Virus record (IMG/VR): IMGVR_UViG_3300049167_000122
Location: 1 to 41,391 of that record
Length of the DNA stretch: 41,391 nucleotides
Source of the DNA: a virus
Lineage: Duplodnaviria > Caudoviricetes
Direction: 5' to 3' (one strand)
The notes beneath the pieces are model-generated. The model made no database searches. It was not told the origin of the DNA and saw only the letters and a program-made list of their open reading frames with translations. The position numbers and the translations under genes are program-made. Shown in pieces: positions 8,756 through 18,086 of this stretch. Numbering within the stretch: position 1 is the stretch's first letter; every line of letters begins with the position of its first letter.

Positions 8756-9113
8756 GCTCCAACCTCGCAATGGCGCGGGTAAAGCCCGCTTCGGTTCGTT
8801 GAACTACGCGAGTGAGCTTGTAGACCTTGCCATCTCCGCCGCGGACGCGGTCGGAGTTGGTGCCTTCGTCCTCATCGGAAACGTGCAGTTCGGTGCGGGA
8901 CCAGATCGTGACCCATGCCTCTGTGCGTTCGCCTTCCGGCACCAGGCGAAGATCGGATTCGCTCGGAGCCTGGATAACGGCGCGGATCTGCGTTTCAACG
9001 GAGGCGCCGGGTACCCAGCGGTGATCGACCGTCGCGCCCTCGCCCTTGCGGATAAGGGTCGCGGGCCGCGCCATAGCGCCAACAGCGAACCCTGCCAGAC
9101 CTCCGAGCAGCAT
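8733..9113 (-). CDS. Head closure / head-tail adaptor
   Basis: IRAVIQ..DLRLVPEGER..YKL; synteny. Confidence 0.7.
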   Translation of the reverse strand: MLLGGLAGFAVGAMARPATLIRKGEGATVDHRWVPGASVETQIRAVIQAPSESDLRLVPEGERTEAWVTIWSRTELHVSDEDEGTNSDRVRGGDGKVYKLTRVVQRTEAGFTRAIARLEHDRGRRV

Positions 9114-9628
9114 CAGGAACTCCCAACGATCTGCCAGGCGAGAGACTGCTTCATGCGGCCCTCGTCGTTCAGTGGCCGTTTACCTGCGCCCTTGAGGCGG
9201 ATGGTTGTCGGGCTATTGGCCGGCGCCATACCAGCGACGATCTGGGCCTCAATCATATCCTTGCCGAGGTTGCCGAGTTTAAAGAGCGCAAGCTCCATTC
9301 GCTTGCCATTGACAGTGATGTCGTAGGCCTGCTGCTTCATCTCCATGCGGATCTGAGCGCGACCTTTGAACATCGCGGCGCTGATGAAGGGACGGGCAGG
9401 AATTGGCCCGCCGAAGCCGCCGCCGCGCTCCGTCTTAAACCCCTTGCCGCTGCCTGCCGTGCCAAAGTGATTGTAAATGGCATACTGGACGACGTCGGCC
9501 GGGCTCTTACCGGCTGGGAATCCGACCTTCACGGCCTTCGGGCCATTCAAGGCCTTGCTCACCTTCTGGATGTGCTTGGTGAGATTGCCGCGACGCCGGA
9601 GCGTCACCTTCGTCCTGATCGTGACCAT
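9113..9628 (-). CDS. Tail completion / virion morphogenesis protein
   Basis: VKVGFP, NHFGT, IPARPFI, PANSPTTIRLKG..PLNDEGRM; ATG overlaps the upstream TGA. Confidence 0.8.
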   Translation of the reverse strand: MVTIRTKVTLRRRGNLTKHIQKVSKALNGPKAVKVGFPAGKSPADVVQYAIYNHFGTAGSGKGFKTERGGGFGGPIPARPFISAAMFKGRAQIRMEMKQQAYDITVNGKRMELALFKLGNLGKDMIEAQIVAGMAPANSPTTIRLKGAGKRPLNDEGRMKQSLAWQIVGSS

Positions 9629-10035
9629 CAGACGAGGGCGACTGCAGGATGATTGCGACGCAGCAGGTCGAGGTAGCGCTGCCCGTAGGCGGTTGACCCA
9701 TAGCCGAACGCCGAACCGCCAGAACCCGAGCCAGAACCCGACGAGCCGCTGGCAAGCTTCACCGCGACGTCGCCGACCTTCATCTCGGTGACGAGGCCGG
9801 AGTTGATGACGCTCGAGGCGTCGTCGATGTCCACCGCAGCGGCCAAGACGCCGTCGATCGTCATGATGTGCGCGGCGAGATAGAGGATGGCGGGTTGATA
9901 GTCCCGCTCGATCCAAGTGGTATCGACCGATGAGCCCGCCTCCGCGATCGCGAGGTCGATCGTGGCATCAGCAACCGGCGCGAAGGTCGGGAACTTGGCC
10001 TTGAACGTCGTCGCGGTCGGGAGGGTGTAGGGCAT
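9628..10035 (-). CDS. Head-tail connector (DUF4054-like)
   Basis: FKAKFPTF, LYLAAH, KVGDVAV, STAYGQRYL motifs. Confidence 0.85.
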   Translation of the reverse strand: MPYTLPTATTFKAKFPTFAPVADATIDLAIAEAGSSVDTTWIERDYQPAILYLAAHIMTIDGVLAAAVDIDDASSVINSGLVTEMKVGDVAVKLASGSSGSGSGSGGSAFGYGSTAYGQRYLDLLRRNHPAVALV

Positions 10036-10250
10036 CAGGATGCTTTCGCTGGCGAGGTCACGTGAGGAACGTCGCGCCACACGTCGGAGACTCCTGACGG
10101 CCCTCGGTCACCGTAGTGAGTGACATGGAACCGCTGCTGGAGAACGCCGTCGAGGAAGCGCATCTCGCCGACCGGCTTCTCAGTCGTGATTGAAGTGATG
10201 CCGGACGTGGCACAGCTGATGCTGTCGAACGAATTGTCGATGTCTGGCAT
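10035..10250 (-). CDS. Hypothetical protein
   Basis: 71 aa, 1-bp start/stop overlaps on both sides. Confidence 0.6.
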   Translation of the reverse strand: MPDIDNSFDSISCATSGITSITTEKPVGEMRFLDGVLQQRFHVTHYGDRGPSGVSDVWRDVPHVTSPAKAS

Positions 10251-10474
10251 CAGACGGCCTTTTCGATAGCCTTGGCCTCACGGCGCGCCTTGATGCGCTG
10301 ACCGTCGGGCCCGGTGACCTCGAAGCCCTCACCAGCGAGACGGACGGCGTCCTCCTCGGTCAGCGGGAGCACCTTGTCGCGGCCGACGTCGATCGGCTCA
10401 GCACGACCCGCGAAGGACGCCAGCTTCGGCTCCTTCGACGGGTTGATGACGGTGTAGACGGGGGCCTTCGCCAT
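10250..10474 (-). CDS. Hypothetical head-associated protein
   Basis: 74 aa; resembles the N-terminus of the upstream gene. Confidence 0.65.
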   Translation of the reverse strand: MAKAPVYTVINPSKEPKLASFAGRAEPIDVGRDKVLPLTEEDAVRLAGEGFEVTGPDGQRIKARREAKAIEKAV

Positions 10475-10478
10475 GGCG

Positions 10479-10805
10479 TCAGCCCTTCTTCACGAAGGCA
10501 GCCTTGTCCTCATCGGACAGAGCGTTGAAGGCGTCGGCGTCTTCCTTCTTCATGGATTCGCCGACCTTCTTGTCGCCGTCCATGATGAAGTAGGCACCGC
10601 CGCCGGCGTGCTCGGCCTTGAGAGCCGTCGCAGACGCTTCGGCCTTTGCCTTGCCGCTGAAGTCGAACCATCCGGTCGCCTTGGCGATCTTCGCCTCGGC
10701 ATCCGCCAGCTCGACGTCGTCGACGGTCTGGCCAGGCTCCAGCATGATCTGGCCAGCCTTGGTGTTGATGCCGCGAGGCCCCTTGGAGGTGTTGGTGATC
10801 TTCAT
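10479..10805 (-). CDS. Hypothetical head-associated protein
   Basis: 108 aa, strong RBS (GAGGAG), directly after major capsid. Confidence 0.75.
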   Translation of the reverse strand: MKITNTSKGPRGINTKAGQIMLEPGQTVDDVELADAEAKIAKATGWFDFSGKAKAEASATALKAEHAGGGAYFIMDGDKKVGESMKKEDADAFNALSDEDKAAFVKKG

Positions 10806-10817
10806 GATCGGTTCTCC

Positions 10818-11774
10818 TCAGATGCCGTCGAGGTAGCGAACTTCCTTCGTGCGGCGGATATCCACGCCACCGAGACGGAAGATGCCGGGCACGTCGAACT
10901 TCATCGGCCCGGTCTGGAACGCGGGCAGGAAGCGGAACGGCATCGGCATGTGGAATTTCAGCACGTCCGGCGAGCGGCGATAGGCCACCATGCGCTTGGT
11001 GCTGGATGCGCCGGCCGTGTCGAGGTGGCCGAACACGCCGCGGATGGTCAGGGGCTGACCAGTCGTCTGCGTGTAGATGTTGTTGCGCTGGATATATTCC
11101 AGCACCGTCATCGGGTTGTGCTCGCTCACCATGCGAGAGCCCAGCCCAGCCAGCTCGGAGGCCGGCAGGATCAGCGTGTCGGCGATGGCGCCGCCAAGCG
11201 TACCGAGCCAGATTCCCGTGAGGATGCCGTTGACATCGCGCAGGATGAGAGTTGGCGTCTTGCTGGCGAAGGTGGTCGCCGAGCCCGTGCCATCCGCAGG
11301 CGCGGTGGTGGCGGCCGCGGCCGTCGAATTCACTAGGCCGGTATAGCCCTTCTGAGCATCGCCAACCCAAGCAACCTGCTCGACCTTTTCCTCGGCGATG
11401 CGACGGGCCAGGGAGGCCTTATCGTTCGAGAGGTTCATGTTCATCATGATGGCCGTCCCGATCTCTTCGATCGTGTAGCCGTAGCCGATCGCGGCCATGG
11501 AGACGCCGGTCTCGAACTTCTCTCGGGTCAGCTCGACCTTCGGGACGTCGTTGGCGTTGCCGTGGAACCACTGTGCCTGGCCGACGCCGTCCATCGAGAA
11601 GTAGGTGACGGTCTGGATCCAGTCTGGCGCCGAAGTATCGACCGGGATGAGGCCAGGATACTGAATATCCTGATAGCGCATCTGGTAGACAGTCGGCTCG
11701 ATCAGCGTCGCCTGCCGGATAAGGAAACCCAGCGCAACCTGCTGAGCATCCTGCGCAAAGATGTTGAAGTTCAT
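10818..11774 (-). CDS. Major capsid protein (DUF2184-like)
   Basis: 318 aa; IGYGYTIEE, RMVAY, FRLGGVDIR..YLDGI. Confidence 0.92.
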   Translation of the reverse strand: MNFNIFAQDAQQVALGFLIRQATLIEPTVYQMRYQDIQYPGLIPVDTSAPDWIQTVTYFSMDGVGQAQWFHGNANDVPKVELTREKFETGVSMAAIGYGYTIEEIGTAIMMNMNLSNDKASLARRIAEEKVEQVAWVGDAQKGYTGLVNSTAAAATTAPADGTGSATTFASKTPTLILRDVNGILTGIWLGTLGGAIADTLILPASELAGLGSRMVSEHNPMTVLEYIQRNNIYTQTTGQPLTIRGVFGHLDTAGASSTKRMVAYRRSPDVLKFHMPMPFRFLPAFQTGPMKFDVPGIFRLGGVDIRRTKEVRYLDGI

Positions 11775-11786
11775 GTGGAGCGCTCC

Positions 11787-12236
11787 TTACGGCGTGTTGA
11801 GGCGCAGCGCCGCGAGACCAGCAGCACCAGTGCTGGTGTCCCAGGTCGCTCCTGCGATGAGGGTGTTGGCGGACGAGTTCGACACATTGGTCAGAAGCCC
11901 GGAGGCCGGCACGTAGTAGACGGGGTCGCCGACGGCGACGGCGACCGAAGCCGAGACGACGATGACGCCCTTCTTCATCAGCGCGACGTTGTCGTACTGC
12001 TCGTATTTCCCGGTGGGCCGGGTGATATCAAGCACGGCAATGCCAACGAACGGCACGGTTGCCTCGGAATCGACGACCTGATTGTCGGCGGTGCCCTTGA
12101 CGGCCACCTTGCCGAAACCGATGCCTTCAACGTCCTCGGCGAGGCGCGTCACGATCGTGGACGGCTCCATGTTGAGAACCATGCCCTCGACCCAGCGAGC
12201 GTGGGTCGTGGCGTAAGTGGTCTGGATCGCGGGCAT
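11787..12236 (-). CDS. Head decoration/cement protein
   Basis: 149 aa between protease and capsid; IGFG..FVGIA..GVIVV..GDPVY. Confidence 0.8.
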   Translation of the reverse strand: MPAIQTTYATTHARWVEGMVLNMEPSTIVTRLAEDVEGIGFGKVAVKGTADNQVVDSEATVPFVGIAVLDITRPTGKYEQYDNVALMKKGVIVVSASVAVAVGDPVYYVPASGLLTNVSNSSANTLIAGATWDTSTGAAGLAALRLNTP

Positions 12237-13333
12237 CAGGCGGCTCCCTTCTGAGTGTTCCAGGCGCCCTGGAGGCTGGCGACCATGGCGTCGTAAGCGG
12301 CGACGGGCGCATTTCTGTCGACGACCTTCAGCCCCCCGGTGAGCGCATCGCGGACGGTGTCGCGCGGCGTGGCCTTGCAGAGCGCGGCGAATGCACCGCC
12401 AATCGCGGCGTCATCCATGCCGGTCGCAGCGTCTCCGAGCTTGGCAACGACAGCGGCGCGCTTGATCTCCGCGTCGGTCTTGCCGTCGGTGACGACGTCC
12501 TTATGGATGGCCTTGGCGTCCGCGATGACGGCGCCGCGCGCCTGAACGGCAGCGTCGAGCTTCTCGGGCGTCAGCGCGGCGTCGGTGACCTGCTGCTTCA
12601 GCACGACGATCTCGCCGTCCTTGGCGGAGATGGTGGCGGTCAGCTCGCCGACCTTGGTGTTGGCATCGGTCAGCGCGGTCTTGGCTGCACCGAACTGGTC
12701 CAGCACCTTCTGCACGACCTGAATCGCGGTGTCGGACATTTCAACGGAAATTCCGTCGACGACAAACGTCTTCATGGGGGGCTCCTGGTGATCAGAGATC
12801 GCCGCCCAGGAATCTCCTATGCGGCATTGGTGACCGGCGCGGCCGGCGGCGACGATCGCGATATGGTTCGCGACGATGTTGGTCTGCTTGGCCTGGTAGG
12901 CGGTGCCATCGGGCGCCACGCCGTCGCCCCAGACGAGCTGGGTGGTGTAGCCGACGCTGAGCTCGCGCTTGCCGGCCTGGACGGCGTCGACCGCCGCCTT
13001 GTCGGTGATGCGCAGGCCGATCTTCAGATGCTCGCCATCCCGCAGGACTTCGGCGCCGGTGGTGCCGGCCGCATACTGCTTCCAGTTGCCGGCGTTCACC
13101 GCCTCGGGCGGATGATCGACGGTGATCGGGATCTGCGCGAAGCTATCGAGCGAGGCTTTCGAGAAGACCGCCGCCTCGTCGCGAAACACGTTCACGACGG
13201 CGATCTCGGGCTTGCCGACCTCGGCGCCGCGATACTGCTGAACGCCGGTGCGGGCGGTGCGGGCAACTGCTTCGAGATAGCCGTCTGCATTCACCCGCGC
13301 ATCGGCGAGCGTGACCGTGTCGGTGATGAGCAT
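12236..13333 (-). CDS. Prohead protease/scaffold (DUF2213-like)
   Basis: ARTGVQQY, PITVDHP, ELSVGY, NHIAIV..GRAG motifs. Confidence 0.9.
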   Translation of the reverse strand: MLITDTVTLADARVNADGYLEAVARTARTGVQQYRGAEVGKPEIAVVNVFRDEAAVFSKASLDSFAQIPITVDHPPEAVNAGNWKQYAAGTTGAEVLRDGEHLKIGLRITDKAAVDAVQAGKRELSVGYTTQLVWGDGVAPDGTAYQAKQTNIVANHIAIVAAGRAGHQCRIGDSWAAISDHQEPPMKTFVVDGISVEMSDTAIQVVQKVLDQFGAAKTALTDANTKVGELTATISAKDGEIVVLKQQVTDAALTPEKLDAAVQARGAVIADAKAIHKDVVTDGKTDAEIKRAAVVAKLGDAATGMDDAAIGGAFAALCKATPRDTVRDALTGGLKVVDRNAPVAAYDAMVASLQGAWNTQKGAA

Positions 13334-13336
13334 GGT

Positions 13337-14164
13337 TCAGAACTCGATGACCGCGCGCGCCGTGCAGCGGCAGTTGATCGGCTGGCCCGGATTCCCATCG
13401 CTGGGCGGGTCGGACCATTTGAAGCGCTTGCCCTCTCGATCCCAATGGGATGGGCGGGCGTTCGGATAGCGGCCCTCCGGATTGCCCCGAACCCGCTCGT
13501 CCATGCTCGACGACCAAACGTATTCGGTGACGCCCATGGCGGTCTGCCGAATCCGGTTCAGGTCGCCGTTGAAGCTGGCTGCCTGGTCTCGGGCGATGAG
13601 CGCGGCCCGGCACTTGCCGATGCCGAACTCTCTCGTCAGCAAATTGGCGATCTCGCGGTTGTTCACGCCTTGCGTCATGGCGTTGATCAGCGCGGTCTCG
13701 ATCCGCTTGGCGACGTCGTCGGTCAGGCCCCGGATGAGCACGACGTTGCGCTGCGTGGCGGCTTCGATCGTGTTCTTCAGCCCCTCGCCTACGATGACCT
13801 TGCCCAGGTCGATCCCGATGGCGCCCCGCATCGCCTCGTTGAAGCGGCGCGAATGGCGCTGGTCTTCCGTCTCCAATGCCTCACGAACGGCCTCGGCAGC
13901 GCCATCCACAAGGCCGTCGATCAAATCGCGCAGCGCCCGCATGGCGCGCTCGAACCAGTTCAGATCGTCGCGCATCAGCTGCGCCTTGCCGGACAGGGCC
14001 GCCGGCAGAACCTCGAGGGCCACCCGCTCGGCTGCCTTGCGCAGGATGCTGGTGGTCACCAGCCGCAGTGCCTCTTCGCATGCCACAGTGGCGCCGATCG
14101 GCCGGAGCACTGCGGAGCGACGCTTCGGAGGCTTGGCCTGGGCAACCCACGCCTGGACGTTCAT
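13337..14164 (-). CDS. Minor head protein (Mu gpF / SPP1 gp7 family)
   Basis: IARDQ, YVWSSSMDERVR, PGQPINCRC. Confidence 0.92.
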   Translation of the reverse strand: MNVQAWVAQAKPPKRRSAVLRPIGATVACEEALRLVTTSILRKAAERVALEVLPAALSGKAQLMRDDLNWFERAMRALRDLIDGLVDGAAEAVREALETEDQRHSRRFNEAMRGAIGIDLGKVIVGEGLKNTIEAATQRNVVLIRGLTDDVAKRIETALINAMTQGVNNREIANLLTREFGIGKCRAALIARDQAASFNGDLNRIRQTAMGVTEYVWSSSMDERVRGNPEGRYPNARPSHWDREGKRFKWSDPPSDGNPGQPINCRCTARAVIEF

Positions 14165-15498
14165 GGCTCAGAGGCTCTCGCTGCGGCCTCTGCGTTCAAG
14201 CGCTCGGCCTCAGCCTCAGCTGCGCGATCGATCGGCTCGTCGCCGAATTCCTCGAGGGCGGTGTCGAGCCCCGGATAGGTCCCGTCCTCGACCAGCATGT
14301 TCTGCACGCCGCGGGCGAAGGCTGCGTCCGGTACGAGACCGGTGTCGTGGATCGACTTGATGGCCTTCGCCTTCTTGTCGGCGATGTCGGCCTTCTCGGT
14401 CTCGGAGACCTGCCATAGAGGCGCCCAGATATAGTGGACGTCAGGCGGACGATTGCCCAAGGCGGAGCGGATTAGGACCTCGTCGAGGCGCGAAAGCGCC
14501 GGGCCCAAGGTCAACTTCTGATCGGCGGACACTCTGTCGTAATAGTTGCGGACGTCACTCTCGCCTGTGGACTGGAGCCCTCCAGGCGTCTGGCCTAGCA
14601 ACCGCGTCGCCGGAATGTCTGCCGCGCCGGAAGCGATCTGAAGATAGGTATTCAGGATCTCCGGCATCTGGGCGAAGCTGACCTGCTTCTGTGCCCATTC
14701 CTCCTCCTTATCGAGGAGGACGGCGTTCACCATGGATTTCGCGGTGTTCGCGAGCGAGAAACGCTCAATGATCCGGTCGCGATAGTCCTTGGCGCCCAAG
14801 CTTGCCATGAAGTCCGGCACGCGGATGATATCGACCTTGGCCTCAGTCAGAAGCGATGCGATGCCGCCAGCGGCGAGGCCAGCATGCTGCACGGCATCAT
14901 TGACCGCTTGGAGCGCGCTATCGCCCCAGCCGTCAGGAGCAAGATTCTCGTCAGGGATCTCGGCGCCGATGAAGCGCACGACCCGTGACGGGTGGATCTT
15001 CACCACCTCGCCCCCGCGAGTGGAGAGCGTGTATTCCAGTGGCTCGCCGTAGAACTCGGATTGCGGGTCGCGATCGATCTCGCCCGCAGTGATTTCGTGA
15101 CGGCTGAGCGCGTGGACGTATTTCAGCGCGCCCTTGCGGACGGCCTCGATGTTCAGCGGCTGCTCCGGCTGCCCCTGGTCCACGCCCATGTAGAGCACTG
15201 AGCCACCATAGAGCCTGGCCCGCTTGCGAGCACGGGCGACCTTGAACGGCAGGCCGACCCTCGCCTCTTCCTTTTCGAGGGCCTCGATCTGCGGCTTCTC
15301 AGCCTGCCAGTCGCGCCATTCCCGCGTCTCGTCGAACGGCGGAACGTCGATGATCTTGCGGGCAATCCAGTCGCCGCGATAGGCCGCATCGAGCTGCGTG
15401 CGATCAAGCAGTGCCAGCAAGAACGAGCTGCCGGCCGCCTTGTCCTTGGACGTGCCCAGCCCGGAAACCAGGTTCACGAGCCGGTCGTACATCCACAT
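14161..15498 (-). CDS. Portal protein (DUF1073-like)
   Basis: ARLYGGS, IHPSRV, IPATRLLGQTPGGL..GESDVRNYYD. Confidence 0.9.
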   Translation of the reverse strand: MWMYDRLVNLVSGLGTSKDKAAGSSFLLALLDRTQLDAAYRGDWIARKIIDVPPFDETREWRDWQAEKPQIEALEKEEARVGLPFKVARARKRARLYGGSVLYMGVDQGQPEQPLNIEAVRKGALKYVHALSRHEITAGEIDRDPQSEFYGEPLEYTLSTRGGEVVKIHPSRVVRFIGAEIPDENLAPDGWGDSALQAVNDAVQHAGLAAGGIASLLTEAKVDIIRVPDFMASLGAKDYRDRIIERFSLANTAKSMVNAVLLDKEEEWAQKQVSFAQMPEILNTYLQIASGAADIPATRLLGQTPGGLQSTGESDVRNYYDRVSADQKLTLGPALSRLDEVLIRSALGNRPPDVHYIWAPLWQVSETEKADIADKKAKAIKSIHDTGLVPDAAFARGVQNMLVEDGTYPGLDTALEEFGDEPIDRAAEAEAERLNAEAAARASEP

Positions 15499-15507
15499 GC
15501 GGTCAAC

Positions 15508-17154
15508 TCATAGGTTGTCGAGGGTGTAGCTCCCCTTGATAGGCCAGAACGCCATGACGATTGCGTCGGCCAGATTCGGTGAGCGCGTACCCTCCGGCGT
15601 CTTGTCGACGACCAGCTTCATTCGCGGGGTCTTGCCGGCAGTCGCCTGGCTCAACTCCTTCTCGATCTTGCGCAGCAGCGGCAGGTCCGACGGGAGGCTG
15701 ATCAGATCGTCAGGCTTCCACGTGAAGCCCGGCTCGTTGATCGCGCGCCATGTCCGCTCGAAGCGACGCCGTAATTGCCACCAGGCCTGAGCCTTGAGGT
15801 TGTGATAGAAATCCGAGTTGATCGGCGAATTGCGATCGTGTTCGATCACTCGTCCTTCTGGATATTGCACCTCGGCGCCTGCATTCCACGGGATTAGCTT
15901 CACGCCGGCAGGCAAGAGGCCTTCGTCCCCCAGCCGATTGGTCTCGGCCTTGATTCCGGCGCCAACGCCGATGCTGTCGTACTGCAGCTCGATCTTACCC
16001 AGGCCGGAGCAAGATGCGACAGCGCGTCGGGCCGAGAGGCCGGTATCGCGCTCACCCCATTCCTCGACCGACTTGAGGATCGAGCCCTTGCGCTTGGCGA
16101 GCGCATTGGTGTCTCCGCCGCTATCCGCGACGTCCAACCCGCCGATCCAACCGCCGCTATCGTCGAAGCCGAGCTTCACGTGAGCGTCGATCGCAGCCTT
16201 CACCCACTCAGACGGGATGATCACGCCGTCGACGGCCGCCGCATAGTTCCGATCGACTTCCTGCGCGAAGAGGTGCAGCAGGCCGTTCTCTTGGGCGCTC
16301 TGGCGCCTGGTATCGTACCAGGCCCGCGTTTTGGCTGGGTGATCCCGCCAGTCCATCACGAAGACGCGCGTCTTGCCCTTCGGGATGTCGAGGCTGGGCG
16401 CCCAATCGAGTCCGGCCTCGCGCCGCCGGTGGAAGACATTGCCCAGCCCGTTGACCGACGAGATGTCGATCTGAACGCGGGTGTTATCCGCAAGGGCGGC
16501 TTCGATCTTCTCCGGTCGCTCGTAGTGGGCGCTTTCGTCCTTGAAATAGATCAACTTGCGGCCGCCGCGGCCAATGTTGTCGCCGGCCTCCCCCGTGATG
16601 GTAGAGCCATGCTCGGGGTTGATGAAGCGCATGTAGCTCATGTGGTCGTCGGGCCGGAACCCGACAGGCCAGAACTCGCGGGGAAGGCCCCGCACGATCA
16701 TGCGCAACTTTTCAAAGATGCTGTCGGGATCGCCGATCTTGTCGACGAGCTGCTCCTTGCGCGATCCCCAGCCAACCGATGATCCCTGCCAGAACAGCCA
16801 GAGCCAGACCGAGAACGCGGCACAAACCCAAGTCGCGCCCATGTCGCGGCACTTCTCGATCAGGCCGTTGCTCTCATCCTTGAGGCAGGCCTGTAGGAAG
16901 ACGATCATCTCCTCCTGCTTGGGGAAGAGGATGAAGGGCATCCGCGCCGGTGTATCGCCGCCGGCGTTGCGAGGGTCGTAAGTGTCGCACCAGTGGTTAA
17001 TGAACTCGACCGGATGCGATCGATAATATTCCTTCGCCCCTGCGATCAGGACCGCGTTGCCGCGGATGCGAAGAACCTGCTGCTGCCGCCAAGCAAAGAC
17101 CGAGACGTATTCAGGCGGCCAGCGCTCAGCCGTTACCGTTGATGGTGCTGGCAT
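15508..17154 (-). CDS. terL: Terminase large subunit
   Basis: KCRDMGATW Walker A-like, FKDE Walker B, GLDVAD and SPNLADA nuclease motifs. Confidence 0.92.
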   Translation of the reverse strand: MPAPSTVTAERWPPEYVSVFAWRQQQVLRIRGNAVLIAGAKEYYRSHPVEFINHWCDTYDPRNAGGDTPARMPFILFPKQEEMIVFLQACLKDESNGLIEKCRDMGATWVCAAFSVWLWLFWQGSSVGWGSRKEQLVDKIGDPDSIFEKLRMIVRGLPREFWPVGFRPDDHMSYMRFINPEHGSTITGEAGDNIGRGGRKLIYFKDESAHYERPEKIEAALADNTRVQIDISSVNGLGNVFHRRREAGLDWAPSLDIPKGKTRVFVMDWRDHPAKTRAWYDTRRQSAQENGLLHLFAQEVDRNYAAAVDGVIIPSEWVKAAIDAHVKLGFDDSGGWIGGLDVADSGGDTNALAKRKGSILKSVEEWGERDTGLSARRAVASCSGLGKIELQYDSIGVGAGIKAETNRLGDEGLLPAGVKLIPWNAGAEVQYPEGRVIEHDRNSPINSDFYHNLKAQAWWQLRRRFERTWRAINEPGFTWKPDDLISLPSDLPLLRKIEKELSQATAGKTPRMKLVVDKTPEGTRSPNLADAIVMAFWPIKGSYTLDNL

Positions 17155-17446
17155 AGGCTTCTGCGGCCTGCTGAGGCGTCATGACGGTCGAAACGGTCTC
17201 GAACGCCTTGCCGTCGGCGTTGCCGATCTCGACAGACTGAACTGGCTTGCCGTAGGCGCGATCAAGAATGGCGACCGCGGCACTAACACGCGCCGCCTCA
17301 CTTTCCCCACCGCTCGCTATGTCCGCTAGCGTTTGAAGCGCGCTCTCCGCATGGTCCTTGGCCATATCACTGAGGAGGCGCTTTGCAGCGCTTACCTTGC
17401 CAGGCTTGCGTCCAGCGCCATGGCGCTTACCGCCGCGCTGAGGCAT
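17126..17446 (-). CDS. terS: Terminase small subunit
   Basis: RGGKRHGAGRKPG..ARVSAA..ILDRAYGKP; overlaps terL. Confidence 0.8.
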   Translation of the reverse strand: MPQRGGKRHGAGRKPGKVSAAKRLLSDMAKDHAESALQTLADIASGGESEAARVSAAVAILDRAYGKPVQSVEIGNADGKAFETVSTVMTPQQAAEAYASTINGNG

Positions 17447-17489
17447 TTTGATTTCCTTGATTCTTTTTCAAACCTGAGAGGATATTTTG

Positions 17490-17843
17490 ATGAGCACTGT
17501 AGACGAATACAAAGCTGCGATGAATGAACTTGCTGCGGCGTCAAAGGCCTACGCGCCGATAAGTGCGTACCTGACACAAATCCGAGATGCCGTCGGGCAC
17601 TCGTCGGGCAATCTCGACTTCCTGCAGGAAACATTCGGCTTAAAGCAAGACAGGAACCGGTCTTATGCGGACAGGTCAAAATATCGCCTCGATTTGTCGC
17701 GCTGGCCTACAGGAGAAGAAATTCGCGAGGTTGGCGGCCGATTGGCGAAAGCCTATAACTCGGTTCATAAAATCTATGCCGAATTGCCGACAGAAGACCG
17801 GGAGTACATTAAGGCTCCCCCTTACGGCGTCGATCTGAAATAG
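17490..17843 (+). CDS. Hypothetical protein (antisense moron)
   Basis: 117 aa, GAGAGGA RBS, AT-richer. Confidence 0.75.
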   Translation: MSTVDEYKAAMNELAAASKAYAPISAYLTQIRDAVGHSSGNLDFLQETFGLKQDRNRSYADRSKYRLDLSRWPTGEEIREVGGRLAKAYNSVHKIYAELPTEDREYIKAPPYGVDLK

Positions 17844-17858
17844 CCCCAATCAGGCAGC

Positions 17859-17886
17859 AAAAAGCCCGATCACGAGGACCGGGCTT
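17859..17886 (-). terminator. Intrinsic terminator in late leader
   Basis: Minus strand AAGCCCGGTC-CTCGT-GATCGGGCTTTTT. Confidence 0.75.
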
Positions 17887-18044
17887 CAGCGCCTGACAGC
17901 GGCGGTACATCCGCGCTCGCCGTCGGGAAGGATGGCGAATAGCTTCGCACTAGGCCAGAAGCTGGCGCGGGGTTCGGATAGCAACAAGCCCGATGGGATG
18001 GGCGTGCACACGAGCGAGAACAAACCGCGCATTCTCCATTCCAT

Positions 18045-18068
18045 AGATCTTGCGTTTATGCAAGATCT
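18045..18068. promoter_or_regulatory. Perfect inverted repeat at putative late promoter
   Basis: AGATCTTGC-N6-GCAAGATCT in AT-rich DNA just downstream of the NusG-like gene. Confidence 0.5.
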
Positions 18069-18086
18069 TTTTCTCATATTTTGCAT

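Noticed and set aside
9715-9750. CCAGAACCCGAG tandem repeat
   Set aside because: Encodes a Gly-Ser linker in the head-tail connector
9113-9916. Long N-terminal extensions in the ORF track (also 56-847, 20496-23327, 24949-25821, 27427-28323)
   Set aside because: They overlap neighbouring genes or operators; downstream starts have better RBS or coupling
12503-14278. 591-aa plus-strand ORF (also 6788-8227, 33019-34425, 35583-36857)
   Set aside because: Antisense or alternate-frame shadows of well-supported genes in GC-rich DNA; no motifs
17901-17908. GGCGGTAC resembling the RfaH ops core
   Set aside because: On the template strand for late transcription and mismatched to ops
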